A stretch of 64,000 bases of DNA from Thelocarpon superellum. Lineage: Eukaryota. Every line of letters starts with the position of its first letter. The stretch's first letter is position 1. A model generated the notes under the pieces. That model was not told the origin of the DNA and did not search any database. It worked only from the letters and a program-made list of their open reading frames with translations. The stretch is taken from NCBI GenBank assembly GCA_026025795.1, contig JAPEUG010000031.1, positions 1-64,000 of the forward strand, written 5' to 3'. Shown one piece after another: positions 11,142 to 23,740 of the stretch. Both the position numbers and the translations under genes were made by a program.

Positions 11142-14100
11142 TCAAGCCGTCTCGGCCGTGGTGGTACGCCCTGCGATCGAGCCCCCTCTCCATGCGAACC
11201 GCGGATCTGGGCTTCTGCTTCCTCTTCCCTTGCCCCTCCTCCGCTTTTTATCTTCCCGGTCCCCTTCCACATTCCCACCTTCGCCTTCGTCTTCGCCCTC
11301 GTCCTCGTTCGCATGTCCCCACCCTCCTCCACCAGGCGTGCAGATGATGATGCGTTCGCCCGGCTTCATCGACGCCGTGTTCTTCCCACCTAGATTGATC
11401 CTCCGATACTCTTTCTTTCCTCTTCCCTTCTGCCCTCCTGCCCCGTTACCTTCGCTCCCTGTGCCAGACTCAATCTCACGGACCCAGATATTGACACCAC
11501 ACGCAGCGTCCTCGCCCCCTTCGACGCCATACGGATGATAGACGCGGCGCTCGGACAGAATGGACGCCTGCACGGGCACGCGAAATTCGATATCGCGCAC
11601 GACGCCGTCGCCGCCGCTGTGCGCTCCTTGTCCACCGGAGCCCGCACGGAGCGAGAACTCGCGCAGGATGACGGGATAGCGGCGCTCGAAGATCTCCGCG
11701 TCTGTGATCCGCGTGTTGGTCATGTGCGTGTGTACGCCCGAGCTGCCGTCCCAGCTGGGCCCCGCCCCGCTGCCGCCCGCGATCGTCTCGTAGTATCCGA
11801 ACCCGGCCGCGGCTTCTTCGCCTGATACGTTGCCTCCGAACCCGAACGTCAGGTTGTTGCAGTCTCCCTGCGAGGCGGCGCAGGCGCGGAATGCTTTCAA
11901 GATGACGTCGGTCACTCGTTGGCTCTGCTCTGGTTAGATGCTGGCGGGGGATGGATGGACCCGTGGGTGGGGGGACTGGAGACTTACGGTCAAGACGTTC
12001 CCGCCTACCACGGCCGCCTTCTCGGATGGCGACAGGAATGAGTTTGACGGGATTCGCACGTCGATGGGTTTCAGACATCCCTGGTTCAGGGGAATGTCTT
12101 CCGAGATCAGACACCGCAGACAGTAGATGATGGCGGAATAAGTCACAGCCTGAGGCGCGTTGGTGTTGCCTAGGCCTGTCAGTCCACCTGCGTCAGTCGC
12201 GGAGGAGAGTTGCGCCGGCTCACCGTACACCTCCGGTCCGGTCCCCTCGAAATCAAACACGGCCTCTCCCTTCTCGGCATCAATGGTAATGCGCAGGTGG
12301 ATCGGACTGCCGTCATCCATGTAGTCGACGGCCGACAGATCTCGCCCCTTGAACCGCCGACTGACGTCGCGCAACAGATTGCGGACACTCAACTCGGCAT
12401 TGTCTTGGATGTTGACCATATAGAACTGCACCACCTCGTGCCCGTACTCTGCAATCAGTGCGCTGATCAGATTGATCCCCTTCTGGTTGGCTGCGATCTG
12501 CGCCTTGAGGTCGTTGAGATTGTCCGCCAAGCACCGCGTGCCGCTACACCCGGGATATTGCGCCGGCTCCGTCAGGAGAAGCTCTGTGATCCGTTTCTCG
12601 TTGAAGTGGCCCTCGGATACCAGCTTCTCCGCCTTGATAGCCGCGCCTTCTTGAAACAGTTCACGGGAGTGCGGCGGCATCGACCCTGGTAGGATCCCGC
12701 CAATGTCGGCATGGTGGGCGCGAGAGGCGACGTAGAAGATGATCTGGTCGTCGTTAAAGGCCGGCGTGATCACCGTGATGTCCGGGAGATGTGTGCCGCC
12801 GTACTCGGGATGGTTCGACACAATCACATCGCCCCGCTTCAGCTTCCCCTCCCAGATCTTGGCCTGTGTGCGGACGCAGGTCGACATACTACCGAGATGC
12901 ACCGGCAGATGCGGAGCGTTGGCTACCAGGCCGCCCGTGGCATCAAATAGCGCGCAGGAATAATCCAGCCGCTCCTTGACGTTGGTGCTGACGCTGGTCT
13001 TCTGCAAGGCGCGTCCCATCTGCTCGGCGATGGCCATGAAGCGATGCGCGAAGATGCTAAGCATGATAGGGTCCACCTCCCTGGCGTTGACCTGGCTGGC
13101 GGCCTGATCCCCGCCGATGTGGATCACAACGTGTGTCTCGATGACGAGTGCATGGGCACCCGGGGTGATGACCAAGGTCTGCATGCCGTCGGCGAGGATG
13201 GCTGGTCCTTTGATTCGGTCGCCCACGGCCAAATCTTCCAGCTTGTAGATGGGCGTGTCGCGGCGGCCGCCCTCGAAGTAGACGTGTTTGACCCCGTGGC
13301 ATTTGGCGTCGCCCACCAGGTCCGTAGGTGTGATCCGTTTCAGCTGCTGGTCCACGCTCTTCTCCATCCCACGCGGGCTCTTGCCGATGCCCCGGACCCG
13401 GACGTCGTCGACAATTATATCTCGGTCCGGGAGAGTGAAGCCGAATTCTAGTTCGTGGTGCTTGACAAAAGCCTGACCATACGCCCAGTCGTCGCCGGCA
13501 AAATCGCTCTTTGCCTCCTCGGTGGTGGGCTTCACAATCATCAAGGCCGATTCCGTACCTCGATATCGCATGTTGAGGTATTCTTCAAATTCGATCTGGT
13601 GCTCGTCAAACCCCTGCGTCTGGAGGGCCTCGGTCGACTTCTCCTTGAGTCGGACCATGCTCTCTTTCAGCTCATTTCGTACCTCGGCCTGGTCCCTCCA
13701 CACTTTGGATTCCGGCGCCTGTCGCTCGTCCACCACGTCGGCCAAAGCCATGCCATAGGCCGAGAGTACAGAGGAGTAGCGATGCACCAAAATCTGGCGG
13801 ATACCCAAGTTCTCGGCAACCGCCACCGCGTGCTGACCCCCAGCCCCGCCAAACGTGGCGAGCCGATGCTGCGACGTATCGTGCCCCTTGGCCTCGGTCA
13901 ACGACCGGATCGGTCGGGTCATGGTCTCGTTGGCAATCTTGATGAAGCCATAGGCCACCTCGTCGGGCGTCATGCGCTTGTCGGCATGGTCTTTGGCCAC
14001 TTCGTCGTTGATCTGTTGTGTCAGCTCTTCGAAGCGCTGCTTGCTGACGGCCTCATCCAGTCTCTCATTCTCGTCCTTGCCGAAGATCTTGGGGAAGAAG

Positions 14101-15407
14101 TCGGGCAGGAGTCGGCCGAGGAACAGATTGGCGTCGGTGACGGTGAGGGGTCCTCCCTTGCGGTAACACGCCGGACCAGGATGTGCCCCCGCCGATTCGG
14201 GTCCGACGACGAAGAGCCCATTCCGAAAGAAGAGCCTCGAACCCCCTCCAGCGGCGACAGTATTGATATCCAGCTGTGGGGACTGGATGGTCACCCCGGC
14301 CGTGGTCGTCTCAAAGACGTGCTCATATCGTCCGGCGCCATATCGACTGACGTCGGTGCTGGTACCACCCATATCGAAGCCGATGACGGGGATCTTGGTG
14401 TCGCGGTCGTAGGAGGTCAGCGAGTAGCCGACCACCCCGCCCGCCGGTCCGGAGAGGATGGCACGGAGACCGGAAAACTGGTCCACATCGACCAAGCCAC
14501 CGTCAGACTGCATGAACTCAAATCGTGCACCCGTGGACCCGGCCTCCTGTTGAACGCTCTGGGTGCCAAGGCCGCCGTGGAAGCCGGCTTGGAAGCCGGC
14601 AATGTACTGGCGGATGGTGGGCGTCAGGTAGGCGTCGGCACAGGCCGACGTTGCTCGTGGAACGAGCTTGATCATGGGCATCAGCTCATGGCTTAGGCTC
14701 ACGTGGGTGAGGCCGACCTCGTGCGCCAATCGGCCCACGAGCACCTCATGATCGGGAAAGGTGTAGGCGTGCATGAGGCAGACGGCGATGCTCCGAAAGC
14801 CATCGTCAAACAGAGACTGTAGCTGAGCTCGTACCGTCGCAGCCGATGGACGGATGAGAATACGGATAGCCTCGGAGGAGACGCCACGGACCAGATCCGC
14901 GTCATCGGGCGTCTGGTCTCGCGGGCTCGTCTCGGTCGTGTGTCGCTCCGGGTCCTCGGCGTAGTCCTCGAGGGTCACGCGTTCATCGATTTCGACGACC
15001 TGCTGGTACAACACCTCGGGCTTGGTGATGGCCAATTCGAAGATCTTGGGCCGTGACTGGTTACCGATCTCGAGACAATCCTTGAAGCCTTTGGTGACGA
15101 GCAAGGCGATCTTCTCTCCCTTGCGTTGCAGCAAGGCATTGGTGGCCACGGTCGTGCCCATGCGGATGGTATCTATCTTGGAGGTGTCCAAGGCCTCATC
15201 CCGGGGAATATCACGACCCTCAAAATGCGACAGCAGACGCCGGATGCCCTCCAACGGGGCATCTTGATAACTGCCTGGGTCCTCAGAAAGGAGCTTGATG
15301 ACGACGTCATCTTTCATCTCTCCTGAGCCTGGGTTGCCCACGCAGTCGGTGAAGGTGCCCCCGCGGTCAATGGCAATGCGGATGCCGCCGCCCTGTCCTC
15401 TCGCCAT
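11142..15407 (-). CDS. OXP1: ATP-dependent 5-oxoprolinase (hydantoinase A/B fusion). Introns 12223-12170 and 11987-11925
   Basis: Motifs [85 protein letters not shown]. Confidence 0.97.
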
Positions 15408-15974
15408 GATGACAGCTGCGAGGGGACCATCAAGACATTGCCGCCAGACGTGAACCGCTATCGAAATGACATGTAGACGGGATGAGATCAACAGGGATCA
15501 TGTACTTTCAACCTCTTCGCATTCACTGCTTTACAGAACCAGGACAATATCAAGGACACAAGCTGTAGGAAGAGAAGCGTCAACGGTCGAGATGAGTAGA
15601 TCCGGTGATTTTGTGCTCTCCTATCATCACGTCATCGCGGCCTCGTGTCATCGGCCGGATGAGGAGAGCTGATGATGTTCTTACGTAAGCAGCGTTCTGG
15701 GGATCTCCCTGTCGGAGGAATGTGGCAGGATGACGACGGCGGCCATACCCTCCCCTTTCTCCATCAGCTACAGGAACATGACTGCGGGCAGTGTATCCCA
15801 TCCAATTCTCCTCCGTGAGTCTCCTATGCCTGTAATGGCTCGATGTGCGAGTCGAAGGACGATTTCGTTCACCGCTGACGGACATTCATCCAGGAGTCGA
15901 CGTGTAATGTGTCCTTTTGGACGACCATTCCAGCTGATGAGACCATGACCCAGGACCATGGTTCCTAATCCATC

Positions 15975-18827
15975 ATGGGTACTGACCACGAAACGTCCGA
16001 CCCCGATCATGCTCCTCTGCTTGATATCTCCGGGCCTCGACCCACCACGACCGACGAAGCGCCCGTCCCTGCCCTCGTCACTCGTGCCCTCGACTTCCTC
16101 TCTACCGCCAGCAATGAAACCCTCGTGGCGTGCCTCGTGGGGCTTCTTGCCGCCACCTATCTGATCCTGGGCCGGATCGGCTTGTTGTTGATTGGCGTGG
16201 TGGTCGGGGTTGTCTTACATGCCGGGTGGGAGCACCGCCATGCCGGTGAGCTCGCCCGTGACGGGTCTTCGGCGGAGATAATCCGCCGACGGGAGCTGGG
16301 TCTGGACATTTTGGAGCGAGTCTTAAAGTGGCGGGAGGACGAGGGCCGTGACGGGGATGATGAGGGGAAGCACGGGGATCCACTGGACGCCTCGCTCTCC
16401 GCCAAATCCGTGACAGACTTCTCCAACCTACCCCCCGAGACGGCCTCGGCCATGACGGGTCTGGTGGACGCCATCATCCGCGACTACGTCGTGTGGTGGT
16501 ATGCTCCCATCATCCGCACCGACACATCCTTCCCCGATGCCGCCCGTCAGACGCTCACGTCCTTTTTCGGCTCCATCTCGGCCCATGTCGCCCGCAAACG
16601 GCCGGCCGACACGTTCCTCGACTTCCTCACCAATGCCTCGTCCATCTTTATCGTCTTTCTCAGCGAGCTGTCGACCGCCCTTACCACCGCCACGACGAGC
16701 AACGACTCGGCCGTGGAAGCGATCGACCTCTACCTCGACACGAATCCCGACAGCAATTTGGCGCACGTGCTGGACGAGCCGCATCAGAAACGGAAACTCA
16801 AGGAGGTGGCTGAGGACATGCTGCAAAGCTTCTTAGATCCACGCGCCTACACGTGCGAGACGGTGCGGGTCTTCCTGCGCGAGATGCTCTCGGGCGTCGT
16901 CCTTGACATGACGATTCAGAGTTGCTCCAAGGCGGAATTCATCAACGGATGGATCGTATACCTGCTGGAAGATGGAGAGCCGGAGCTGATGAATGCCATC
17001 GATGTCGGCATGGGCGCCGATCCTATCGACGGCCGCCCCGCCGCCACCGCCTCGCCTACCGCCACGGCCGCGCACACGCGACACCGCAAGCAGCTCAGCA
17101 AAGCCGAGGAGGCCATGGACGAGGCCATGCAGGAAGCGCAGCGACTCAATCGCCTCATCGCCGAAGAGGACGCACGGAAGCGCGAGCGGGAGCAGGACCA
17201 GGGGCGAGAGAGCTCGATGGAGAGCTTGACGACGTCCGCGGCGCCCACCAGCTTCACCAACTTCGACCAGATCCTCCCTCACCCGGAGCCGGTCGCTCTT
17301 CGCCTCTCCACGCCTGACATGTCCTCGCTCTCCCCGCCCGCGCCGTCCGCCACGATGACGCTACATCTGGCCAACATCTCTATCTTCGATGACTCGGGCC
17401 CGACGGACAAGGCAACGGTACGCACGAAACCCACGACGGAGTATTTGCTCCAAATCGAGCCGGCGTCATCCTCCTACCCGGGGTGGATGATCGCGCGCCG
17501 ATATGCGGACTTTGAGAGTCTCCACGAGGTGCTGCGACGCATCTCCGTCGTGTCGGGCGCGACGGACTTCACCCAGGAACACGCAGCGCTCCCGGGGTGG
17601 AAGGGACGCACCAAGTCGGCGGTGCGCGAGGATCTCGAGCGCTACCTGCGCGACGCGCTGGCGAACCGGCAGCTGGCGGAGAGCGAAGGGATGAAGCGCT
17701 TTCTGGAGAAGGAGCAGGGCGTGTCCAAGAACTCGCCGTCGCCGCAGAAGACGGGCTTTGGCTGGTCGACGCCGGCGACGACGCTCGAGACGGTGGGCAA
17801 GGGCATGTTGGACGTGATTGCCAGCGCCCCCAAGGGCGCGGCCGACGGCGGCAAGGCCATCCTCGGCGGGGTCGGTGGCGTGCTCGGGGCCAATGCGAAG
17901 AAGTCGAGCCAGGTGGGATCGCATTCGCCGTACAAGTCCGCGACAGGGTCCGACACCAGCCTTCCGCGCGACCTCGGCATCAGCTCGGTGCGCGATCATC
18001 GCGAGGAGCCGGATGTGTCCAGCTACGGCATCGGACACATGACGGCGAGTCAGGTGTCGGATTCAACGAAACCGTCGATCAACGGCACGCCCCAGACGGA
18101 CCTGTCGTCCGTCATGACGACGCCACGCTCGACGATGAGCATCGACGAGACGGACATGGTCTTACCTCCTCCTCCAAGCGACATCAAGGATGACTACGGC
18201 TCGGTCTTGACGCCGACGGCGGTCGTGCACCCGCCGGCGCCGGTCGAGGCGACCAACGCGAGCGTCTCCGCATCGACCACGTTCACGACCTCGACATCCA
18301 CCCCCTCCAAAAAAGCCGCGAGCACCCGCAGCCCGCTCAGCGAAGGCGAGACCCGCATCGCCATCGAGCTCCTCTTTGCGACCATCACCTCGCTGTACAC
18401 GCTGTCGTCGGCGTGGAACATTCGGCTCACGCTCCTCAGCGCGGCCAAGACCTTCCTCCTGCGACCCGGGAACCCGAACCTCGAATCGATCCGGGTGCTG
18501 CTCCAATCCAGCATGCTGGACGCCAACACGTCCGACGCCGGCATCGCGACGCACCTGCTCAAGATCCGGGCCAACTCGATGCCGACGGTGGCGGAGCTGG
18601 CGTCGTGGCCGGCACCCGCCACGGAGGTGGAGAAGGCGCGACTGCGCGACAAGGCGCGGAAGCTGCTGGTGGAGAAGGGCATGCCCCGCGCCTTGACGAG
18701 CGTCATGGGCGCCGCGGCCAGCGGCGAGGCCTTGGGCCGTGTCTTTGACGCGTTGCAGGATGAGCGGGTGGCGCGGGCGCTGGTCTTTGGGGTCTTGTTG
18801 CAGGGCGTGCGCGCACTGACACAGTAG
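15975..18827 (+). CDS. PXA- and PX-domain sorting-nexin-like membrane protein (Mdm1/SNX13-14-related architecture), single exon, 950 aa
   Basis: Two N-terminal TM helices, PXA-like start (IIRDYVVWWY), PX core (WMIARRYADFESLHEVL...LERYLRDAL...MKRFLEK) and a Nexin_C-like C-terminus. Confidence 0.85.
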   Translation: MGTDHETSDPDHAPLLDISGPRPTTTDEAPVPALVTRALDFLSTASNETLVACLVGLLAATYLILGRIGLLLIGVVVGVVLHAGWEHRHAGELARDGSSAEIIRRRELGLDILERVLKWREDEGRDGDDEGKHGDPLDASLSAKSVTDFSNLPPETASAMTGLVDAIIRDYVVWWYAPIIRTDTSFPDAARQTLTSFFGSISAHVARKRPADTFLDFLTNASSIFIVFLSELSTALTTATTSNDSAVEAIDLYLDTNPDSNLAHVLDEPHQKRKLKEVAEDMLQSFLDPRAYTCETVRVFLREMLSGVVLDMTIQSCSKAEFINGWIVYLLEDGEPELMNAIDVGMGADPIDGRPAATASPTATAAHTRHRKQLSKAEEAMDEAMQEAQRLNRLIAEEDARKREREQDQGRESSMESLTTSAAPTSFTNFDQILPHPEPVALRLSTPDMSSLSPPAPSATMTLHLANISIFDDSGPTDKATVRTKPTTEYLLQIEPASSSYPGWMIARRYADFESLHEVLRRISVVSGATDFTQEHAALPGWKGRTKSAVREDLERYLRDALANRQLAESEGMKRFLEKEQGVSKNSPSPQKTGFGWSTPATTLETVGKGMLDVIASAPKGAADGGKAILGGVGGVLGANAKKSSQVGSHSPYKSATGSDTSLPRDLGISSVRDHREEPDVSSYGIGHMTASQVSDSTKPSINGTPQTDLSSVMTTPRSTMSIDETDMVLPPPPSDIKDDYGSVLTPTAVVHPPAPVEATNASVSASTTFTTSTSTPSKKAASTRSPLSEGETRIAIELLFATITSLYTLSSAWNIRLTLLSAAKTFLLRPGNPNLESIRVLLQSSMLDANTSDAGIATHLLKIRANSMPTVAELASWPAPATEVEKARLRDKARKLLVEKGMPRALTSVMGAAASGEALGRVFDALQDERVARALVFGVLLQGVRALTQ

Positions 18828-19147
18828 GCGTAATGGGCAAAGGGTTCGACGCCTTTCGCGTTGTGTCTTGTGATGGAATGGCACGATCATCTTAACTCTG
18901 TATCGTACCATCCACGATCTTGTATTCCTCCCTCCATTCGTATACCAAACGATTGCACCCCCGTTTTAGTCTAGGTCGTCGGGTGGCCGTCGTCCTCAGC
19001 GGTGTACCAGCAATCGAACAGCAACCTCGGCGAGGGTGCATGGACCAAGCTATACAGTCTGCCTGGGAGAACTAGATGGTATTCGAGTGCGAGATCGCCC
19101 AGGCAAGCTCTAGGTCACGGCCAAACTCGGCTTCGAATGTCACCTCC

Positions 19148-19231
19148 TGTCAGGAAGGGATCATTTTCATCGGTAGATGCATCGGGCTGTGTCAGGAAGG
19201 GATCATTTTCATCGGCAGATGCATCGGGCTG
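19148..19231. repeat. 42-bp direct tandem duplication (2 copies, 1 mismatch)
   Basis: TGTCAGGAAGGGATCATTTTCATCGG(T/C)AGATGCATCGGGCTG at 19148-19189 and 19190-19231. Confidence 0.95.
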
Positions 19232-20691
19232 AGCCTGAGGCGGGTCGCTGACCGTGAGTTGCAGCGATTGGGGACTTCACCAAGCCGAGAACTACCCGCC
19301 ACGCACCGCCCTACCGAAAGGATTTGCGGCTGTGGCTTCATGACTCCTCCCTACTCCTCCTGCTGCTGACTCACCCCCTCCTTTTTCAGAGGATCATCAG
19401 GAGGAGCACGGAGGAACGCTCCTCCAGCTGCCCGCCGCGCCATTGCAGTTCTCCCATGCGCCCAGGACTTGCCTCGTCATCTCCACGTCAATCCTTCCCA
19501 GCCCCAAGAAGAAGGAAAGAGAGGGAAAGGAGGGAGCGGAGGGGACGACGACGGGTCAGCACCAGCGTTTGAGCGATTGGACAGCAGTCAGGAGTATACT
19601 ATACCTCTGAACTAGTAGTTCAACTACCCTACAATTATTCATGTACGAAGGCTACGAGTTACAATATCCATCAAAAGACGACTACGAAACCAGACCAAGT
19701 CAAATCATCTTGAATTTCTCTCAGTCATCATTCAGTAAGTCGGTTAATCAATCAATCAATCAATCAATCAAGAGAATATACAACGTCTCCTTCGTCTTCT
19801 CCCCGTCCTTCTCCGAACGCTACTTCCTCATCAGTCATCCCCCCTCTTCAGATTCGTGTGATTCGTGATGGATTATCAAGGGTCGAGTAAACTTCTTCGT
19901 GCTCTTTCTTTCTTTCCTTTTTTTGGTGCTCGCTCTTTCTTGTTTCTGGCTTGCTTTCTTTGGCTCTGCCCCGTTCCTTTTCACGTGTCATTCCCTTCGT
20001 CCATCATCCCTCGCCATCGCCATCGCCATCGCCCACGCCATCGCCCACGCCATCGCTCTCTCTCACCGTCCATCGCACACCCCGCACAATCTTCTATCCT
20101 TAACCCAATCCAACCCGTCATCATCATCAGTCAAATAATTTCCCGCATCCTTTTCTGCCGATGGGGACCCGAGAATCAGAGAATCAGAGAAGTAAAGAAG
20201 TAAAAAAGGGTTGAAAACCCCGCTCCAAGGCCGTGTCCGTTCAAGTTCGCCAAGCGCGAATAATCGAGACGGCAAAAAATCAGATCGAAAAAGGAAAGTG
20301 AGCTTGTAAGTAGTGTCATCATCGTCGTTAGGTAGGATCCAGAGAGAGAGGGGAGGAGAGGAGAGGCGAAGAATGAAGAACGAAAGTTTACCATTGTGGC
20401 ACCATCAATAAGAAAGGCTTGGTCGAAGGTCAAACAAGGAAATCAGAGACGGGATGAAGAGATTTGTTTCCGGTGGTCGAGTGGTGGCGTAAGATCGTTC
20501 ATCAACCAGATCTACCATTTTGAAATGGGATGAGAGAAAAAAAGGCTCGCTGCGTCTCGTCGTAGTCAATGGCCGGTCGGGATGACATCGCGCCATGCAT
20601 CGTACCGTTACATGGGTCACTGTAGACCACACGCCCGCAGACCCTGATTCGTCCAGAGGCCGCGTAGAGGTCCGACCTCTTCATCGTCCAC

Positions 20692-22902
20692 TCATCGACG
20701 TCGGGCTTGCAGCATGGCCGCGGCCTTGTTCGGCCGAAACATCCCCGCGTCGCGCTCATACAACCCCGAGCCGCGGTTGCTGCCCACGCCGGGGATGGAA
20801 TCTTCCCGCACCGTCTTCCGTCGTTTCAGCCCATCATCCCCCGGACTGCCCGGTCCACGGCTGGCCGGTCGCGAGTGCCGATCGCCGTCGTCGTCGATCT
20901 CACGCATGCGCTTGTTGGATGATGCGCCGTTGATCACTGACGACGGTGCCTGCGATCCATACCCCGACGGCAGCACGCCTGAGTAGCTGTCACCGGCGCT
21001 GGTACCATTGGTGCCGTTGCTCCGTTGCTCGTTGCTCATGACGCTGTACAGGTTGCTCGCCGGCGCCGGCGCTCCGCGCGGCGGCGTGTGGTAGCCCGTG
21101 CCCCATGGCGGCTGAGCGGCCGCCGTGCGCGGCGTCGCCCGTCCCGAGCCCGTCTGGTTGTTGGGCGACGCGGTCAACTCGGGGGAGAGGTGAGGATGCT
21201 CTCCCGCCAGGGGCCCGACGGCCGGCCCCGGGTTGTAGGTGTATGGACCACGGTTGGCGTTGTAAGCCGCACTGCTGTCGTGTGCATATTCGGCATCGTG
21301 CTCGTGCTCGGCTTCTTCCTCACCCGTCCCATGGCCCGCCGGGTCGTTTCCCTGGTGATGCGTCATCAGGCCTTCGGCGCCCTTGCTGTCGCCGTGATGC
21401 TCCACCTCGCTCCCCGTCCCCGGCGTCCGCGAGCTCGGCGGGCCCATTTCGTTCTTCAGGTATTGGCTCGGTTGCATCGATTGTCCGAAGCGAGCCATGT
21501 TCTGCTGCGTCACCCCTTGCTGCGAGACGTACTGCCCTTGCTGCGCCGGTGCTCCCGAGTACATCGGGCGCGAGTTTTCGTAGCCCGCGCCGCCCTGGTA
21601 TGGCTGCATGCTCTGCAACGAGTTGCCCGGGGGGGTCGTCGCCGGCGTCGTCGGCATCGACCGTGCATTGCTGAGGCCCGTGTCGATGGCCAGCGGCTGG
21701 CTGGGTTGGTTGTTCATGCTCTGCCCGCTCCAGTACGAGCTGTCGGGGCCCGCCATGCCCATAATGCCGGCGCTCGTGGGCGGCGTGGGAAAGGTGTGTG
21801 CCCGGTCGAGCCCCGGTCGGCCGACGTTCGGGTGTGGCGCGATGGACGAGTGGGGGCCAGACAGGTGGGATCCCATCGGGTTGTGCATCGAATGATGGTG
21901 ATGCAGCGACGGCGGTTGCGATGACGCGGGATTACGCATGTCCTGCTGGTTGGACTCGAGTCGTCGTCGCTCGGCCGCCGCCATGACGGCGTTGGTGCGG
22001 TTCGAGTTGCTCGGATGATACAACAGCGCGCCGATGTTGTGGACGAAGAGCGGGTACAAGAGCTCCGTGATCTTCTCCTTGTTGGCAAAATCCAGCGCGC
22101 GCTCAAACGGGATCCTGTGCGATGAATTAAATGAGGCGCCGCCGACTCGTCGCGCACGGAGCTCCTTACCAGACACCCTTGAGATGCATGGGTCCGATCT
22201 TCACCACGTGCCGCATCTTCTCGCTCTTCAATATGCCATCGCGACGACCTCGCGTCATGCCGGCGACGTTCAATAGCTTCGTGCCGTTGATCATGTGGTT
22301 GTCTGCCGCGCCTGTCAGCGTCGCTACTCTCCGTCGTCGTTGGGGCGCAAGTCCACTCACCCTCACGTCGCGCCACGCAGACGCCCTTGGCCTCCACCTG
22401 AAAGCATAGGCTGCCCTCGTCTTCCCACAATGTCGCCGTGACCCGGGGCTTCATGCCTGGAGGTGCAATCTGGCCCGTGGTGTCGATGCTCTGCTGTGGG
22501 TACGCTTGGCCGCTCGGCACGCTTCCTGGACCCGGCGGCGGCTGTCCTCCAGGCGCCATGGCTGCGAAGGCAACCGTCAATCTCTGATCCTCCTATCCAA
22601 AGTGCAGGCGGGCACATACCAGGTAAGGGAAGTAGTTGGGCGGGCACCTGAGACCCGACCATACCCGCGCTCGATGGATGGCCAGCAGTCTGCGGGGAGG
22701 GGACGCCGTTGGCATAGCTGCCATACTGGCCAAAGGAGCTCTGCGCGGGCGAGAAGGTGCCCGGTCCCGGTTGCAGTAGGGGCGGCTGCCCGTACTGCGG
22801 GTAATGGGACATCCCGCTTGAGGTGGCCGTCTGGGGCGTGGGCGGTTGCCCACCTGACAGATGCGGATGATGCATGTCCAGGTACGGCTGACTGTGATTC
22901 AT
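20692..22902 (-). CDS. stuA: APSES developmental transcription factor StuA/Asm-1. Exons 22902-22620, 22561-22361, 22302-22170, 22114-20692. Possible non-AUG N-terminal extension
   Basis: [96 protein letters not shown], plus RAHTFPTPP and KRRKT motifs. Three canonical introns. Confidence 0.97.
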
Positions 22903-23740
22903 GCTGGTCGGGGTATAGGGTTCCTGATGGTAGGCAGGGCCTTGGCTGACCTGCGGCGGAAGACTCTCCGGCGATCGGTGAGGCGTCTGATTAGACAGCC
23001 CGTGCCCCGCAGCACCAAGCCCCGAGGGATCCGCGGGTGGCGAGGGGTCAGGGCCGGCGGCGTGGTCACCGTGCGTCAGGGACGACGGGACGTCGTAGGA
23101 CGTGACGCGAGGTGCCGCGGCGGTGCCCAGACTCGAGCTGACGAGCGAGGGCAGTCGGTCGACCGCGTGGAGAGGCCGCTGTGCCGAGTGGTGATTATAC
23201 CACGGCACGTCGACGGGGCCTCGGATGTGCACCTGGGAGATCGAGGGGAGCTCCAGCTTTTCGGTGGGGTGTGGGGATGGGTCTTAGGCGACGGGGACGA
23301 GCGAGCGCAACAGCGGCTCACGGCGCGACGTCACGGTAATATGACCGTGACGAGGGTTCGTCGGCGAGAGGACGGGACACGGAAAGGCGAGCAGTTCGTC
23401 AGGGATGGTCGTCAGCGCTGGAGGGAGACAGAGAGCCGGTGGTGAAGACAATCGCTACGCTGGAGACGCAATGCACAAGCACAAGTCGCTCGGACTAAGG
23501 GCGCTCGCTGAATGAGCCCGAATGCGCAAAGGGACGACGGAGAGCTTTCACGGAGGAGGGGCCGAAGGAGGGCCGAAGGAGGGCCGGCGAGGAGGTTGCG
23601 CACAAGACGAACGGATTCAAGAAGACACGCTCGGAGGGGCTCGGTCGTAGGGACGGCAACGTCTAAGGCGCACGTCGTGTGTCTCGTTTCAGGTCGTTAA
23701 AAGAGCTTCGAGAGATTGGTGGTCGTGCTGCGCAGGCGGA

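Noticed and set aside
15408..15491. 28-aa N-terminal extension of oxoprolinase in the ORF track
   Set aside because: It starts at a non-ATG codon, and the conserved IAIDRGG motif closely follows the ATG at 15407.
18824..18860. GGTTCGA resembling a tRNA T-loop or B-box
   Set aside because: No cloverleaf, acceptor stem or A-box can be built around it.
19148..19231. CRISPR-like repeat
   Set aside because: Only two abutting copies, no spacers, no cas genes, eukaryotic context.
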